Below, one piece after another: positions 1-12,647 of a DNA stretch of 64,000 bases. The position numbers and the translations under genes were made by a program. Position 1 is the first letter of the stretch; each line of letters begins with the position of its first letter. The stretch is from Ostrea edulis (Eukaryota). The notes under the pieces are model-generated. The model was not told the origin of the DNA. It did no database searches and saw only the letters and a list, made by a program, of their open reading frames with translations. The DNA lies in assembly GCF_947568905.1 (NCBI RefSeq), contig NC_079165.1:59272001-59336000 (forward strand), read 5' to 3'.

Positions 1-75
1 GCATTCGCAGTTACCAATATTTTGTCAGTAAATAAACTTGCGCTGCTTCAATGTACTTTATTTCTCAATAAAACG

Positions 76-455
76 CCGATCTTGGTAAGAGCGTTCGCCT
101 CTTGACCGGGAGGTTGTGTTGTTCAAGCCCAGGGAGGTTGTGTTGTTCAAGTCCAGGGGGTTGCGTTGTTCAAGCCCAGGGACGTTGTGTTGTTCAAGCC
201 CAGCTCGTACTTGGGCCGTGTCAAACATAACAATAAGTAGTGACTGGTCCTTCACCTCTATTTAAAAGTGTGAGAGTCGCGGGTCTTTCGGGTGCGACCG
301 TAAAAATCGAAGACCCTTGTCGCGACAGGCATGATACACTAAAGATCTCTCGCTGTTCGGCCCTAAGTGCATCGCATCTAGGTCTTTCACCCCCTGTTGG
401 TGATGTCTCAAAGTGAATGAACAATTCTCGTAGGGACGAAATAAAAATAAATACA
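76..455 (+). mobile_element. tRNA-headed SINE (bivalve Meta/Deu-domain type), diverged, with internally multiplied B-box region
   Basis: tRNA-like head (tggtaagagcg...gttcaagccc), then a body and tail (aaagatctc..., attctcgtagggacg) matching the other SINE copies in the window. Confidence 0.7.
108..202 (+). repeat. 4 x 23-24 bp tandem repeat GGGAGGTTGTGTTGTTCAAGCCCA inside the SINE head
   Basis: Units start at 108, 132, 156 and 179. Confidence 0.9.
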
Positions 456-872
456 GCATATCTAAAGAAACATTAAATTACGAAGTATAAATATAAAGGG
501 AAATGTCTCGGTTGTTTGTATAGTGGGATGCATGCGGAAATATCCCCCGTATTACAAACAACCATCATATTTACATATATAAACGCCATACATGTACAAT
601 TATTGACACCTGAGAAGTACAATATTCACCTTGTCCTCAGGGTTCGATGAATACATGTATTGTTCTTCTCTGTTAGCTAAAGCATCGTATTGACCTAAGA
701 AATGTCAATAATCAATAAGAAAAAAACCAATCAATACTTCATCTGAACTTAGATCAGGTTCGATGCTACTTCAGTTCAGTTCGCGATAGAAGTGCACGAT
801 AGAAGTCTCCCTAATTGTTTTAAACATATCTTATTGATCAAATCAAAAGGATTGGGAATAAGTTCTAACAAC

Positions 873-1370
873 TTACTAGTTCCTCTCCTAAAGGTATTAC
901 AATATGTCATACGAGATCATGATTAACAGGTAAAATGTAAATTAAATAAACGAATTTACTAGTTCCTCTCCTAAAGGTATTACGATATGTCATACGAGAT
1001 AATGATTAACAGGTAAAGGTATTACGATATGTCATACGAGATAATGATTAACAGGTAAAGGTATTACAATATGTCACACAAGATAATGATTAACAGGTAA
1101 AGGTATTACAATATGTCATACGAGATAATGATTAACAGGTAAAGGTATTACGATATGTCACACGAGATAATGATTAACAGGTAAAGGTATTACAATATGT
1201 CACACGAGATAATGATTAACAGGTAAAGGTATTACAATATGTCATACGAGATAATGATTAACAGGTAAAGGTATTACAATATGTCACACGAGATAATGAT
1301 TAACAGGTAAATGTATTACAATATGTCACACGAGATAATGATTAACAGGTAAAAAACGAATTTACTAGTA
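873..1370. repeat. 42-bp minisatellite (AAAGGTATTACRATATGTCAYACGAGATAATGATTAACAGGT), 9 contiguous units plus one detached upstream unit
   Basis: Period 42 from 973 to ~1350; earlier unit at ~891; AACGAATTTACTAGT occurs on both sides of the array. Confidence 0.95.
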
Positions 1371-1732
1371 AACAGCTGAAAAAATATTCATATTGGTCTG
1401 CAAAGGCAAAATCACCGCACAGTAACAGACTTGTATCAATATTGAGCAAGTCAAGGCGATTAAAATGATTATTTCTAGCTTTAGAGTAGTTTTTTTTACA
1501 AGCAAGAAAGAGATAATAAACATCTTCGTCAAGTCTGCCTTTCTTTACGACCTAGTCAAACGTGAGTAGAGGCGCGAGTTTTCATTAAACGACCAAAAAA
1601 AAAAAAAAATCAATCGTGTCCATTTGGTAATTCCGTGGACCGATATTGGAGAAATCAAATGTTATATTAACCTCGAACACACGTGCAGGTGAACATAATG
1701 TTCTAGTTTATTGGATATCAGCCAATCGAAAG

Positions 1733-2025
1733 AATGAAAGATGAAGATAACGAACAGTGATCAATCTCATAAGCAGTACAAAATAGATAGTTGGGCAAAC
1801 ACTAACCCCTGGACACACCAGAGGTGGGATCAGGTGCCTAGGAGGAGTAAGCATCCCCTGTCGACCGGTCACACCCGCCGTAAGCCCTATATCTTGATCA
1901 GGTAAACGGAGTTATCCGTAGTCAAAATCAGTGTGCCACAAACGGTCTAATAATCGGTATGAAACACGTCAGACAGCATTTGACCCAACGATAGCTTGTA
2001 TTGGCAAACTAGATCGTTATAACGA
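1733..2025 (-). mobile_element. Naiad-type Penelope-like element, 3' end fragment
   Basis: Reverse complement of the RT C-terminal/3'UTR sequence seen at 41647-42396 and 21580-22090. Confidence 0.85.
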
Positions 2026-3622
2026 ATCCAATACAAAGAGGTAAGTTAATCTGTATCGCCTTTAGTGTACAGATAGAAGCCAAAATACCTAAAGGTCTAT
2101 ATCAAATATATTTTTAGATACATGGCTTTTTCATGCTTACACAAGTGAATTAGGTATGATTTCCCCCGAATGCACGTTTACTCATTTGCAGTGTTTTACA
2201 TTCATTCATTACATACAATCCTTTGGTCTCGGATGTGATCCTTACAAGAGAAGCACTTCATATGAGGATGTATACATGTAGTATATGACAAGTTTTGCTA
2301 TACATGTAGGATCAAAACAAATTATGGGGGGAAACAGTCCGCTATCAATTCTCTTTAAAACATAATATAAAACCACAAGTGAATTCTGTATCACCAATGC
2401 GTAACATTAACATCACTGGATCCGTGTGGGTTTTTATTTAGATGAACATTAATAAATTTAGGGAAACAAGTTTTTAAATGTTGCATACAAAACGCCCTTG
2501 GATTATTGATAAATTCTCATTGCAATGCGGGTTCGTTTCGAAATAAAAAGTTGATTTAATCTGTTTTTGTATTGTTTACAACGCCCTGCTGTTAACATAA
2601 ACACTCATTAGGCATGCGAGATAAGATCGAGGGTTTATGCAGTGATATTGTTTTGTGCATACCAAGATTTTCGTATTTTATTCCTTCTTGTAACTTTCCT
2701 TGACCTTAAGACATATGGAAATAATCATTCACCTTTCAACATATTTATAACTGACAAAAACTATAATTAAACGTCAACATTTTTAATCGATTGAAGTGGA
2801 AAAATTCAAATAAATCTCACTTCTTCATTTTTTTTTTTAAAAAGGAGACCAGCGCGTGCAATCAGCAGCAGAAACTCTGTACATTAACATTTTGGTCATT
2901 AATTAATTATTTAATCCACGAGGATTTTGATTGCAGAATAATTCAATGATTACAAATAGTACAGCCATTGCGCATACCAATCCCAAGGGAAAATAAATTT
3001 CGTAACAAACAATTAAAATAAAAAATCTTGTCAATTTGTAAGAAAGACCAAAAATGAAGTTAACCAGATGTTAGAAGCATATTAGTTGTGTTCATGAAAT
3101 GATACTGTTTATTTACCTAATCTCAGTGTATCATGTTTTGACTCATTTGAAGTTGGAAGATTGATTACTTGGGGAGTAAAGACGACGAAATACGGAGAAA
3201 ATGCCTTCTTAAGGAATGACAAGAAAATGATAAATACACGGATATCAGACGATATACTCGTGTATTTCTTGTAAAACCTGAATGAAAAGCGTCTAACTAA
3301 CGTGGGACACGGGCAACAAACTCAGCATTACTCTTTATCGTAATTTCCCAAAGCCAGGGGGACGACAAACTCAGCAGATTACTCAATAATAATTTTCTAA
3401 TGCCAGTGACCTTGACTGTATAAGCAGGTTGCCAACACAGGAAATATTTTATTCCATTCTGTTGAGGGGTCGTATAACGGCTAATTGACATGAATTGCAT
3501 GGCTTGTGTCCTAGACGATATATCATAAACTGTAAGTGAAATGTCAGTTTAATTATCCTATACTTGAATTTCAAGATTACCGTATGCTGGGTGCAAAGGG
3601 AGTGAAGTGTTGTAAATTTTAG

Positions 3623-3627
<5 letters not shown>

Positions 3628-3659
<32 letters not shown>
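3628..3659. repeat. (GA)n microsatellite
   Basis: Direct reading. Confidence 0.95.
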
Positions 3660-3662
<3 letters not shown>

Positions 3663-4010
3663 GGGGGGCATTGCGTCTGCTGTCTAACCCTATTCAAGTT
3701 TTCAGTTAACAATGCGACCATTTGCTGTTTTCCTAGCATTTCGTTTTAGCCTTTTTAGTTTTAACACCAGTATCCTGTACCTTTCGAACCTTCAATTCAT
3801 TTATTTTGTCTGACAATATGTAATTTTAAGAAATTGAAGAAATTTCGAATGAAATAAATTTATTTTTACCAGTAATATCTAGGGGTTTATACAAGTGTGC
3901 GCCAACATGAATGCTTATTGGATACTTACGAAATATGAAACATTTTTGCTTAGATTTACATTGATGTGCCCTTGTCTATGGTTATTCCCAAGACTAATTG
4001 ATTGATGGTA

Positions 4011-4131
4011 CATCTGCTGTGACACAGGACCTCGGTTTTTGCGGTCTTATCCGAAGGACCGCCCCATTTAGTCGCCTCTTACGACAAGCCAGGGGTACTG
4101 AGGATCTACTCTAACCTGGACCCCCACGGGA
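4011..4131 (-). mobile_element. SINE with non-tRNA structured head, 3'-truncated
   Basis: Reverse complement reads cccgtgggggtccaggttagagtagatcctcagtacccctggcttgtcgtaagaggcgactaaatgggg. Confidence 0.85.
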
Positions 4132-4515
4132 CTATTCTCGAGAGAAATTTGATTCCAAAGAAGGATTTTTGTTTAATGATCAAGGTATGTTCCTCGAGAA
4201 ATTATATAAAGGTATTTAGTGTTGAAATAATTTGAAGTAGCACTTATTGCCGAAGTCATTTTATCTACTATCACCAAAATGACTAAAACAGCTCTAGCTA
4301 ACACCACTACTGACGCAGTGAAATTTATAGATCCTGAAACTTTGTGTGGCACTTTTAACATACAATCCATAGTGTTTATATAGAAATAAAGGCCGCAACA
4401 TCATTGTACGAAAATAGATAATTCACTGCAGAGCAAGTATACACAATTTCCACAAAATTATATCAGAAATCACATTTTTTCTAACCTGAGATTTATTATT
4501 CTTAATTCTAAGGAG

Positions 4516-4773
4516 TCCCGCGGGGATCCGAGTTAGAATAGGTCCTCAGTACCTCTTGTTTGTTCTAAAAAGTGACTAAATGGTGCGGTCCTTCGAATGA
4601 GATTGCAAAAACCGAGACCCTGTGTCACAACAGGTGTGGCACGATAAAGATCCATCCCTGTTCAAAGGCCGTAAGCGCCGAACATAGGCCTAAATTTTGC
4701 AACTCTTCACCGGCAATGGTGAGGTCTCCATATGAGTGAAAGATTCTCGAGAGGGACGTTAAACAATCAATCA
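4516..4773 (+). mobile_element. SINE with non-tRNA structured head, full length, (AATC)n tail
   Basis: Collinear with the copies at 13348 and 14990. Confidence 0.85.
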
Positions 4774-4776
4774 TTT

Positions 4777-5382
4777 TAAGAACATCTTCATCCCATGGGT
4801 AGTCCATATGTATGATATGGTGACTGTAGGTGGAAAGGATAACGCTTTAGAGCCCGGAAACCATATTGTTACTTCAATGTCCAGTGCGCTTGACCTTTGA
4901 CCTTTTGACCCCAAACTCGATAGGGAACATCTTCATCCCATGGGTAATCCATATGTATGATATGGTGACTGTAGGTGAAAAGGATAACGCTTTAGAGCCC
5001 GGAAACCATATTGCTACTTCAATGTCCAGTGCGCTTGACTTTTGACCTTTTGACCCCAAAATCGATAGGGAACATCTTCATCCCATGGGTAGTCCATATG
5101 TACGATATGGTGACTGTAGATGGAAAGGATAACGCTTTAGAGCCCGGAAACCATATTGCTACTTCGATGTCCAGTGCGCTTGACCTTTGACCTTTTGACC
5201 CCAAAATCGATAGGGAACATCTTCATCCCATGGGTAGTCCATATATATGATATGGTGACTGTAGGTGGAAAGGATAATGCTTTAGAGCCCGGAAACCATT
5301 GCGTCTACAGACGGACGGACAGACGGACAACCCGATTCCAGTATACCCCCCACAACTTGTTGCGGGGGGGGGGGGGTTATAA
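4777..5382 (-). mobile_element. Helentron-derived HINE (DINE-1-like) with 145-bp central tandem repeats, 3' end missing
   Basis: Minus strand starts ttataacccccc...gcaacaagttgtggggggtatactggaatcgggttgtccgtc with a (GTCC/GTCT)n microsatellite; repeat period 145 (4856, 5001, 5146, 5291). Confidence 0.85.
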
Positions 5383-7794
5383 AAATTGAAATCCTTCAAA
5401 AATGTCTTCTCATTGGTGCATTTCATGTATTGATGAGCGATTTACAATCCCACATAAACACAGCAAAATCCTATTTCATTTCATGTGTCCAAAATCGTAG
5501 GTACATTTGTATCCTATGAACTTAAACATATTCCAACATTTTATACGAAAACCGATTAGTGTGAAGGAAATAATGTTTGCTCGTAATTATCTCGTTATTC
5601 TAAACGCTTTGTACTTATCTTGACATTACTATACAGATTTCGAAATTACAAGAAAGGTATCGAATTTACGAAATAAGATCTCGAAATTGGGAGAAAATAA
5701 CGAGATTTTGTCCTTGACACTGATCAGCTTTCGTAATTTTAGACCTGTTACAACACCAATATTTAACTAAAGGAATGGACCTATACATGTATATTCATGA
5801 GTTACTTGTTGCAGAATGAATAAACGATACAGTGATAGTAATGGATAACTAACTTTAATTTCCAAAAACATAATGTCACGCATCAATCAATTATTCCTGC
5901 AAGATTTAATTAACTGAAGAAAAAAAAATTGTTCAACTTTAAATAAAAGGATGTCTACATCATATTTACAATCATATTCAAATGTGTATGCGAAATCCAA
6001 ATCGTAAATATTTATTTTATCTTAAAGTTTAGAGGTATGCTTACCTATGGCTACTGAATATATATACAACTTAACGACAAATTGGTATATCTACACACGT
6101 CTGACTTCCTAAAAATTAATGGTGTATACCAAAATAGCATATAATCTACAAAAATTACTGATGGATGCCCAAATAGCACATTATGTACAAATATTAATGA
6201 TAGACGCCCAAATAACATATAATCTACAAAAATTACTGATCGAGACCAAACTTGCATTCAGTACACAAAATAATGTTGCAATTAAATAGTTGACAAAACA
6301 TTGACAAATACGACGGAAGAGTTGTTTCCAAAGATATGAATAGGATCTAATTTCACTTAATTTTTCCATAACTGAACAATACTAAGACAGAACGGGACAG
6401 ATAACGGGATCCCAATAGATCCAAACGTCTCGGACCTGAATGCAGTGCGCATGCTATAATAAAATTTCCAGATTGTTTACATATGAATATGTTGATGAAG
6501 GCGTATTATTAAATTGACTGTTTTGCCATTAACTCCGGAGTACTTGTGTGATAGAGGATGCTTTAACTTAAGTGAGCAGCGAGCCCTGGGTTTGATAGAT
6601 GAAAGCTTTTTGATGTTCACAGAGACGAAGTGAGCGCTTCGCTCATTGATTCTGTAGTGAAATAATCCACGATAACAGTAATATTCACACTCTCGGAGAT
6701 CTTTTCTAACAATTTCAGGTAAGTGTTTCTCACCAATTTTTTTCTGGAGAAATAATATTTTTTTCATAGATATTTTAAATACCCATATATGTTCTATACT
6801 GTGGAGCTTCCCAAACATTTCATTTTTATACAAGGACATATATATCTGTAATGAAATTATTTTTTTCTAGATTAATGAGCAATTTGTTAATGACCCTACA
6901 TCCCTTCCCACAATGCTATGCAGCATTAAGTATTTGAGTAATCTTTAGCAGAAGTAAAGAATAATTCTTACTTCCCTCTCAAACGGGTTAGGAGATGTTC
7001 TCCAGTTTCGGATTCGATAGTCAGTCAGGTAAGATCGAGAAAACCAAGGCCTCTAGCCACATCTAGGGGTCCTCTGTTTTGGCCTTGTGTACGTGACCTT
7101 TCAAAACAAAATAGCGAATACTTCATGTTGTTGTTGAATATTGATATTCTAAACATTTTTAGGGAGTGGTGGGTATCTATTTAATCAACATTATTATCAT
7201 TACAGTGGGCACGGTTTTAAGGTGAACTAAATTGATTCATTTAGAATGTAAAGAAAAAGTAGTTAAAAACGGAAGTTACTAAAGAATATGAAAACCTAAC
7301 TGTGAAACATGAAATATCTTGGATTAAGTATAAGCAATCCAACACCAATCAGAACATGACAGAAATAGAGCGCGTACCATCATTGGACGAAATGAGCAAA
7401 ACACCATTGTATAAGGGTATGGATTTATGTGTTAACGTTATTTTGGAATCTACAACGCAGTTCCCATAGTAATCACGCAGTGGGTACATCCTATCCTTTT
7501 GTCACGTGCATTTAATTGTCACTTAAAAAACGATCAAATTAGGATTTGATCTCGTATACATGAAACAAAGAGACAATATAACCCTTCCAATGTAGTTTTA
7601 CTACGATAGAGTCCGAGGAGGTTCAACTCATTGAAATGCATTCCACCGTGCAATTTTATTATCAAGTGTCTTTGAGAATAACACACCAGAGAAATTTTAT
7701 TTGGATGAAAAGTGCAATATGTGTACAATACTAATTTTAAATCAAAATTTTTACTTTATTTGGGCAAAACACTGCAATTTTAGTAAATAGCTTA

Positions 7795-7975
7795 AGCCCT
7801 TGCAGAATTCGAACCCGCAATCTACATTTCAGCAGTCGACACGTTAACCGACTGAGTTACCTAGCTAGGCTATTAGATTTAATAGGAATATACGAATATT
7901 GCTGATATCAATATTTTCATTTATGTTTTAAAAGGAAGTCAGCCATTATGACGATGTAGTACACCTCCTTAAAGA
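7795..7975 (-). mobile_element. End of a non-autonomous DNA element (TTAA-flanked, Kolobok-like) containing a tRNA-like segment
   Basis: Terminus gtacacctcc|ttaa; minus-strand A/B-box-like gtaactcagtcggttaa...gggttcgaattc; no matching opposite end found. Confidence 0.4.
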
Positions 7976-8504
7976 CACTTCCTACAAACAATTTTTCTAC
8001 TTCCTTTTGAAGAGTTCCAATTTTAATTTTTTTTGAAAAATATTGAGTATGTTTGAAAGTTTCGTTACTATAGAGTATTTACCAACAATGATGCACCTAG
8101 AGCAACTATAGCCATTGTGTGAAAAGGGTTCATGCGATTACAGTTTGTTTCTATACGGGAAAGGTCTGAAAACAAATACCCAGTAAACACCGACTTAATT
8201 AAGTTTTTACTGTTGCTATTTTTACATGTTCTGCATATTTATTCACATTTTGCACAGAGATATTTGAAAACAGTTCGATTTGTTTGTAGCAAGTGTCTTT
8301 AATTCAAAAATCAATTCAAGCAATAGTAGTATATACATCTATACTATACATTTATCCATCTATGAAATACAGATGAAAAAATGCGACGAAATGTTTGCAC
8401 AGTGCTGGGCATATGTAATCTCGATAACAGGAAGTAGACAAATCGGGAATATGAGAATAAGTCGCAGACCAGAAGGAAGATAAACAACAAAATCAAGAAA
8501 CAAT

Positions 8505-8637
8505 GAAGGTGCCATTATGTATGACGAACGGAAGGACAGACAGACGGACCGAATGATTGACGAACGGACGGAAGGACAGACGAACGGACGAAGGTAAATC
8601 AGTATACACCTTTTTTCTACAGGGCAGGATATAAATA
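8505..8637 (-). mobile_element. HINE 5' fragment
   Basis: Minus strand tttatatcctgccc...ggtgtatactgattt followed by a GTCC/GTCT microsatellite. Confidence 0.6.
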
Positions 8638-9282
8638 CCAATTAATGGACTTTGTCTTATGCTAAGTATTCGGGCAATACTTTTTTGATGTACCAAAAAT
8701 GAAATTGACTGTTTATTTTGTCGTATTGAAACCAAAATATCATCGCTACATCACTTACACATTAAGCAGCACTACGACCACTGTACCCTAGAAGGAATCT
8801 GCTTTAATACTCACATTTAATTCCCGGGATTGAACAAACGAACATTAATTGCAATCGCAAGACGAACATTCTTTTAACGATGCATCAACCCTCACTATGA
8901 AAAATATTCCTAATTTTGCAGGCATAACAACCCTCATTGTTTAAACTAATTTTGTTCTAAAAAGAAAAAAAAAGTAACCGACACATCATTTCTCACTCAT
9001 TGACAGTATGCAGCATCCTATAAGTTTGTATTACAAACTCCAAATAGAATTCGTGATGTTGAAGAATTTTGTACAAGTCTATATATGGCAATGACGTGAA
9101 AGCTAAAGAGATAAGTGACAATGATATATGAAGAAGATTAACAACATAACCCAACAGTCTGGTCCATGTCAGTTTTCGTCCCCTAATTAGCATTCTCTTC
9201 GGGGACTGATAGCACTAAAACCTAATTCAATAAAACTGTTTTCCAGTTAGTATTAAAGAAGCATTGCAGCTAGGACAAGTCA

Positions 9283-9475
9283 GTTAATTCATAGCATCTA
9301 CATTAGCCAATGTAACCGAATGGTCATAGGTTCGAACCCTGCTCATAGCATGACCGTGTTCAACACAAGACAGTGTGTCTTTGCCAAATGCTTTTAGAAA
9401 TGAAAGTCGCAGGTATTTCGGATCTGACCTTAAAAACTAAGGTACCGTGTCACGACAGGCATTCGTAAGTAACAA
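9283..9475 (+). mobile_element. Degraded tRNA-headed SINE, 3'-truncated
   Basis: B-box ggttcgaaccc; body ttcggatctgaccttaaaaac...ccgtgtcacgacagg. Confidence 0.6.
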
Positions 9476-9565
9476 CCCCCCCCCCCCCCCCCCCAAACAA
9501 ACCCACCCATGCCGATAGTACTGTCCTCAGCGACATGCATTGGGTTGGCAACGTTTTGATAGTAG

Positions 9566-9828
9566 TGATTGGTTGTTTGTTAGTTTGTTTTACGTTCCGT
9601 CGAGAATTTTTCACTGATATGGAGACGTCACCAGTGTTGGTAATTTAGGCCAATGTTCGGCACTTGTGGCCTTTGAACAAGCTAAGAGGGATATTTATCG
9701 TGCCACACCTGCTGTGACATGGGACCTCGGTTTCTGCGGTCACATCCGAGGGACCGTCCCTTTTAGTTCGCCTCTCACGACATTCATGGCGGTACTGAGG
9801 ACCTATTCTAACTCTGATCCCCACAGGA
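9566..9828 (-). mobile_element. SINE with non-tRNA structured head
   Basis: Reverse complement of the family consensus, including the tail. Confidence 0.85.
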
Positions 9829-10348
9829 AGACTTGGATGGTACTAGTGTTATGTCTAGTATTGTATTTAGCAGTACGTATCTTCCGGACCGTAAGTACGT
9901 CACTGTCACATGGTAAATTTTGTATTGTATAATATGACAGTGATTTAGCATTCTCAGCATATTTTAGGAAAGTGTTTTAGAAACAGATTTATGAATAAAT
10001 GAGTGAGTAAAGTGTTTTTTGTCGATACAAACGTGTGCTAAAAAAATAAATGATGATTTATTGTTTGTTTCTCTGGTTAATAACGCCCTTCTGCTAACAT
10101 AAACAACCATTAGGCATGTGACAAGATAAGATGAAAAGAAAATGTTTGGTTCCAGTGCACCATGATCTCACCAATAAGTCATGCTGAATGGTACAGATAA
10201 CACATAATTCCTGATAAATGATTTCTAAATCAAATATTCTATACACACTGGAGAAATAAAATACTGGTTATCTTAATTCTATTACAAGACTAAAATTTGT
10301 CGTTGCATACAACTATGAAATTAATCTGTCTTTAATATTGATGCTTAT

Positions 10349-10572
10349 TCAGTGGGGATCCGGGTTAGAATAGGTCCCCAGTACGCCCTTGCTTGTCGTA
10401 AGAGGCGACTAAATGGGACGGTCCTTCGGATGAGACCGCAAAAACCGAGGTCCCGTGTCGCAGCGGGTGTGGCACAATAAAGATCCCTCCCTGTTCGATG
10501 GCCTTAGGCGCCGAGCATAGGCCTAAATTTTGCAGCCCTTCACCGGTAGTGGTGACGTCTCCATATGAGTGA
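10349..10572 (+). mobile_element. SINE with non-tRNA structured head, tail truncated
   Basis: gtggggatccgggttagaatagg...ccatatgagtga. Confidence 0.85.
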
Positions 10573-11110
10573 TATGAGTAAGGGTTCCGCAAAGCGGGAC
10601 ACCCTCACGCGTCATATATAGTTAGTGTCAGAACAATAAATTTTGGAATTTTCATTTCAGTGACCTTGGCCCTAAACTTCGAAACCAGTAGGAACCAATA
10701 TACTGGTGTAAGATATAGCATCCTTTAACAAATACACACTAATCTATAGGGAGTCACCTGACTTATCATATCCCTTCTTGAAACCAATTTATTAAAGGTT
10801 TCATTCCTGAAAGTTTAATATACGTGTTAGTTTGTCTGTTTTACGCTCCTTTGAGAATTTTCCATTGATATGAAGGCGTCACCAGGTTAAGTACCACAAA
10901 TATGGACCTATGCTTAGCGTTCAGGGCCGTAGCAGTTCAGGAGTCGTATGCATAAAAATTCTTAAGTCCTTAAGCATATACTTAAGTATGAATTTCTTGC
11001 TTAGCAGGTTGAGATTTTACTTAGCATATTGATTAGCAGATTGCACAAAACTTCTTAACTCTTAAGTATATGCTTATTTATGCTTAATGTTAAGCATGGT
11101 CTTTACTTGT

Positions 11111-11326
11111 AATAATAATAATAATAATAATAAGACCTTTATTTAACCAGGATTACATATTTAGCGATAACGCTAGTTTTCAATATGGTCCTGCATATAA
11201 CATACATACAGACAGATATTAGTAAAATAAACACAGATTAAAAGAAGTAGAATACATATAAACTTAAGAAATAATTATGAATGTAAGATAAATAGAATAC
11301 AAAATGAAGCTTAAAAAGTATGGTGA
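11111..11326 (-). mobile_element. LINE 3' tail (L2/Rex-Babar-like) inserted in the Harbinger
   Basis: Minus strand ends cctggttaaataaaggtc(tta)n; flanked by 7-bp direct repeat TACTTGT (11104-11110, 11327-11333). Confidence 0.6.
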
Positions 11327-11369
11327 TACTTGTCTTAAGTTCTTAAGCATATTGCTTAGCAAGAACAAA

Positions 11370-11498
11370 ATGGCTGACAGAAAACAGAGAACATTCAAAC
11401 CACGAATTAATCCCTTAGAATCAATGACAGCAGCAGAACTGCAGCACAGATTTAGATTTGATCAGGAAGGAATTGAATTTATAACACGTCAGATTTAA
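11370..11498 (+). pseudogene. N-terminal stub of a Harbinger (HARBI1-like) transposase
   Basis: MADRKQRTFKPRINPLESMTAAELQHRFRFDQEGIEFITRQI then stop; resembles the HARBI1-family N-terminus; DDE core absent. Confidence 0.65.
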
Positions 11499-12647
11499 TT
11501 CAAAATGACATTATGCCTTTGACCAACAGAAATACCACTGATACTTATATTGTTGGTACCAATAACACTCCCAACTGCTTCTGCTAATGGCGTTAAAGGC
11601 TTTCCCGCTGGTCCACCGCCTACAAAATTAAACAAAATACGCTGGTGCCAAAACAAGTAATGATAAATAATGTAGTATAATTCTAATGTTATTTATTACA
11701 ATTGTTTTGATTGGACAAAAACAAATCTAATCGTGAATTTACACATCAATAAATCCAAAAACGCTATGCATACGTACATGTACTCGCCTGAAAACAAATA
11801 ACACAGTCCGGGAAAACTATTCAAATTTTTTCAATTGATAATACAGGGAATCAAACATTTTTTTTGTTTGAAGAATTCATTATGTGTAAATTCTGGACAT
11901 TTTACAAACAAACTTATAAGGATCTATTCATGACCGGAAGAGGGAGGGGGGGGGGGGGGACAAAGGGACATAACCTTTGAATAATATTACGTCATTTCAG
12001 TCAATGACGATGCATATTTCGACATTTTGTTTACTGTGTATAACTTTGTGCAGACTGCGATATTCGAATTTGTTGAGGATTTGATTGTTGAATACAGAAA
12101 CAACATATGACATTGGGCCTATTTGGATACATACTCGATGGTACGGTAAGATAACATACAATTAGGCTACCCTCGAGTGCCTAGGTCTAGGAAGTTTATG
12201 GAACCTATAAGATCTATTTATTTATAAATGCGATAGTAAAGAAATATAGTTGATCATCAGCACATTACGGGGAATGGATTTAGTGCCTGTCTTGTTCGTG
12301 TATAGTATAGATTTAATATATATTCGTTTACCCGTTTGGTTCACACTACGTCGTGCGTCTGCCAGCTCTGCTTTCCCTTTCATCTGTTTATTGTGCCATT
12401 TCTTCTCAACCTCCTCCACCGTTCGCTTGGTGGAGGAAGAGGCATTGATGGCATCTGTGATTTTCCTCCAAATCTCCCGTTTCTTTAATGTTACGACTCG
12501 TAACCCCCGTTCCGAATTTAGCTCGAAGGATACTTTTATGTTCCTCTACACACTTGCTTAAAACAAGCATTCATCTGCTGTCCAATTCGGTTTTCTTTTC
12601 TTAGTTGTCTGTAATGACTGACTCTCAACACCTTCTCTTTCTGCCAT
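11495..12647 (-). pseudogene. Harbinger Myb/SANT-like (Myb_DNA-bind_5, NAIF1/MSANTD-like) DNA-binding gene, two exons, one frameshift
   Basis: Exon 12647-12332: KRKPNWTADEC...KREIWRKITDAINAS...RTVEEVEKKWHN...NQTG; GT-AG intron; exon from 11619: GGPAGKPLTPLAEAV; frameshift near 12560. Confidence 0.8.

Noticed and set aside
4874-5426. Repeated MGSKGQ...-type ORFs (also 58869-59529)
   Set aside because: Products of the 145-bp HINE tandem repeat; frame shifts each unit and there is no coding signature
6477-6839. 120-aa minus-strand ORF
   Set aside because: No motif, splice context or repeat assignment I can support
9790-9828. Hammerhead ribozyme on the antisense strand of the SINE head (CTGAGGA)
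   Set aside because: CUGANGA is present, but the required GAAA after stem II is absent (reads GGAUC)
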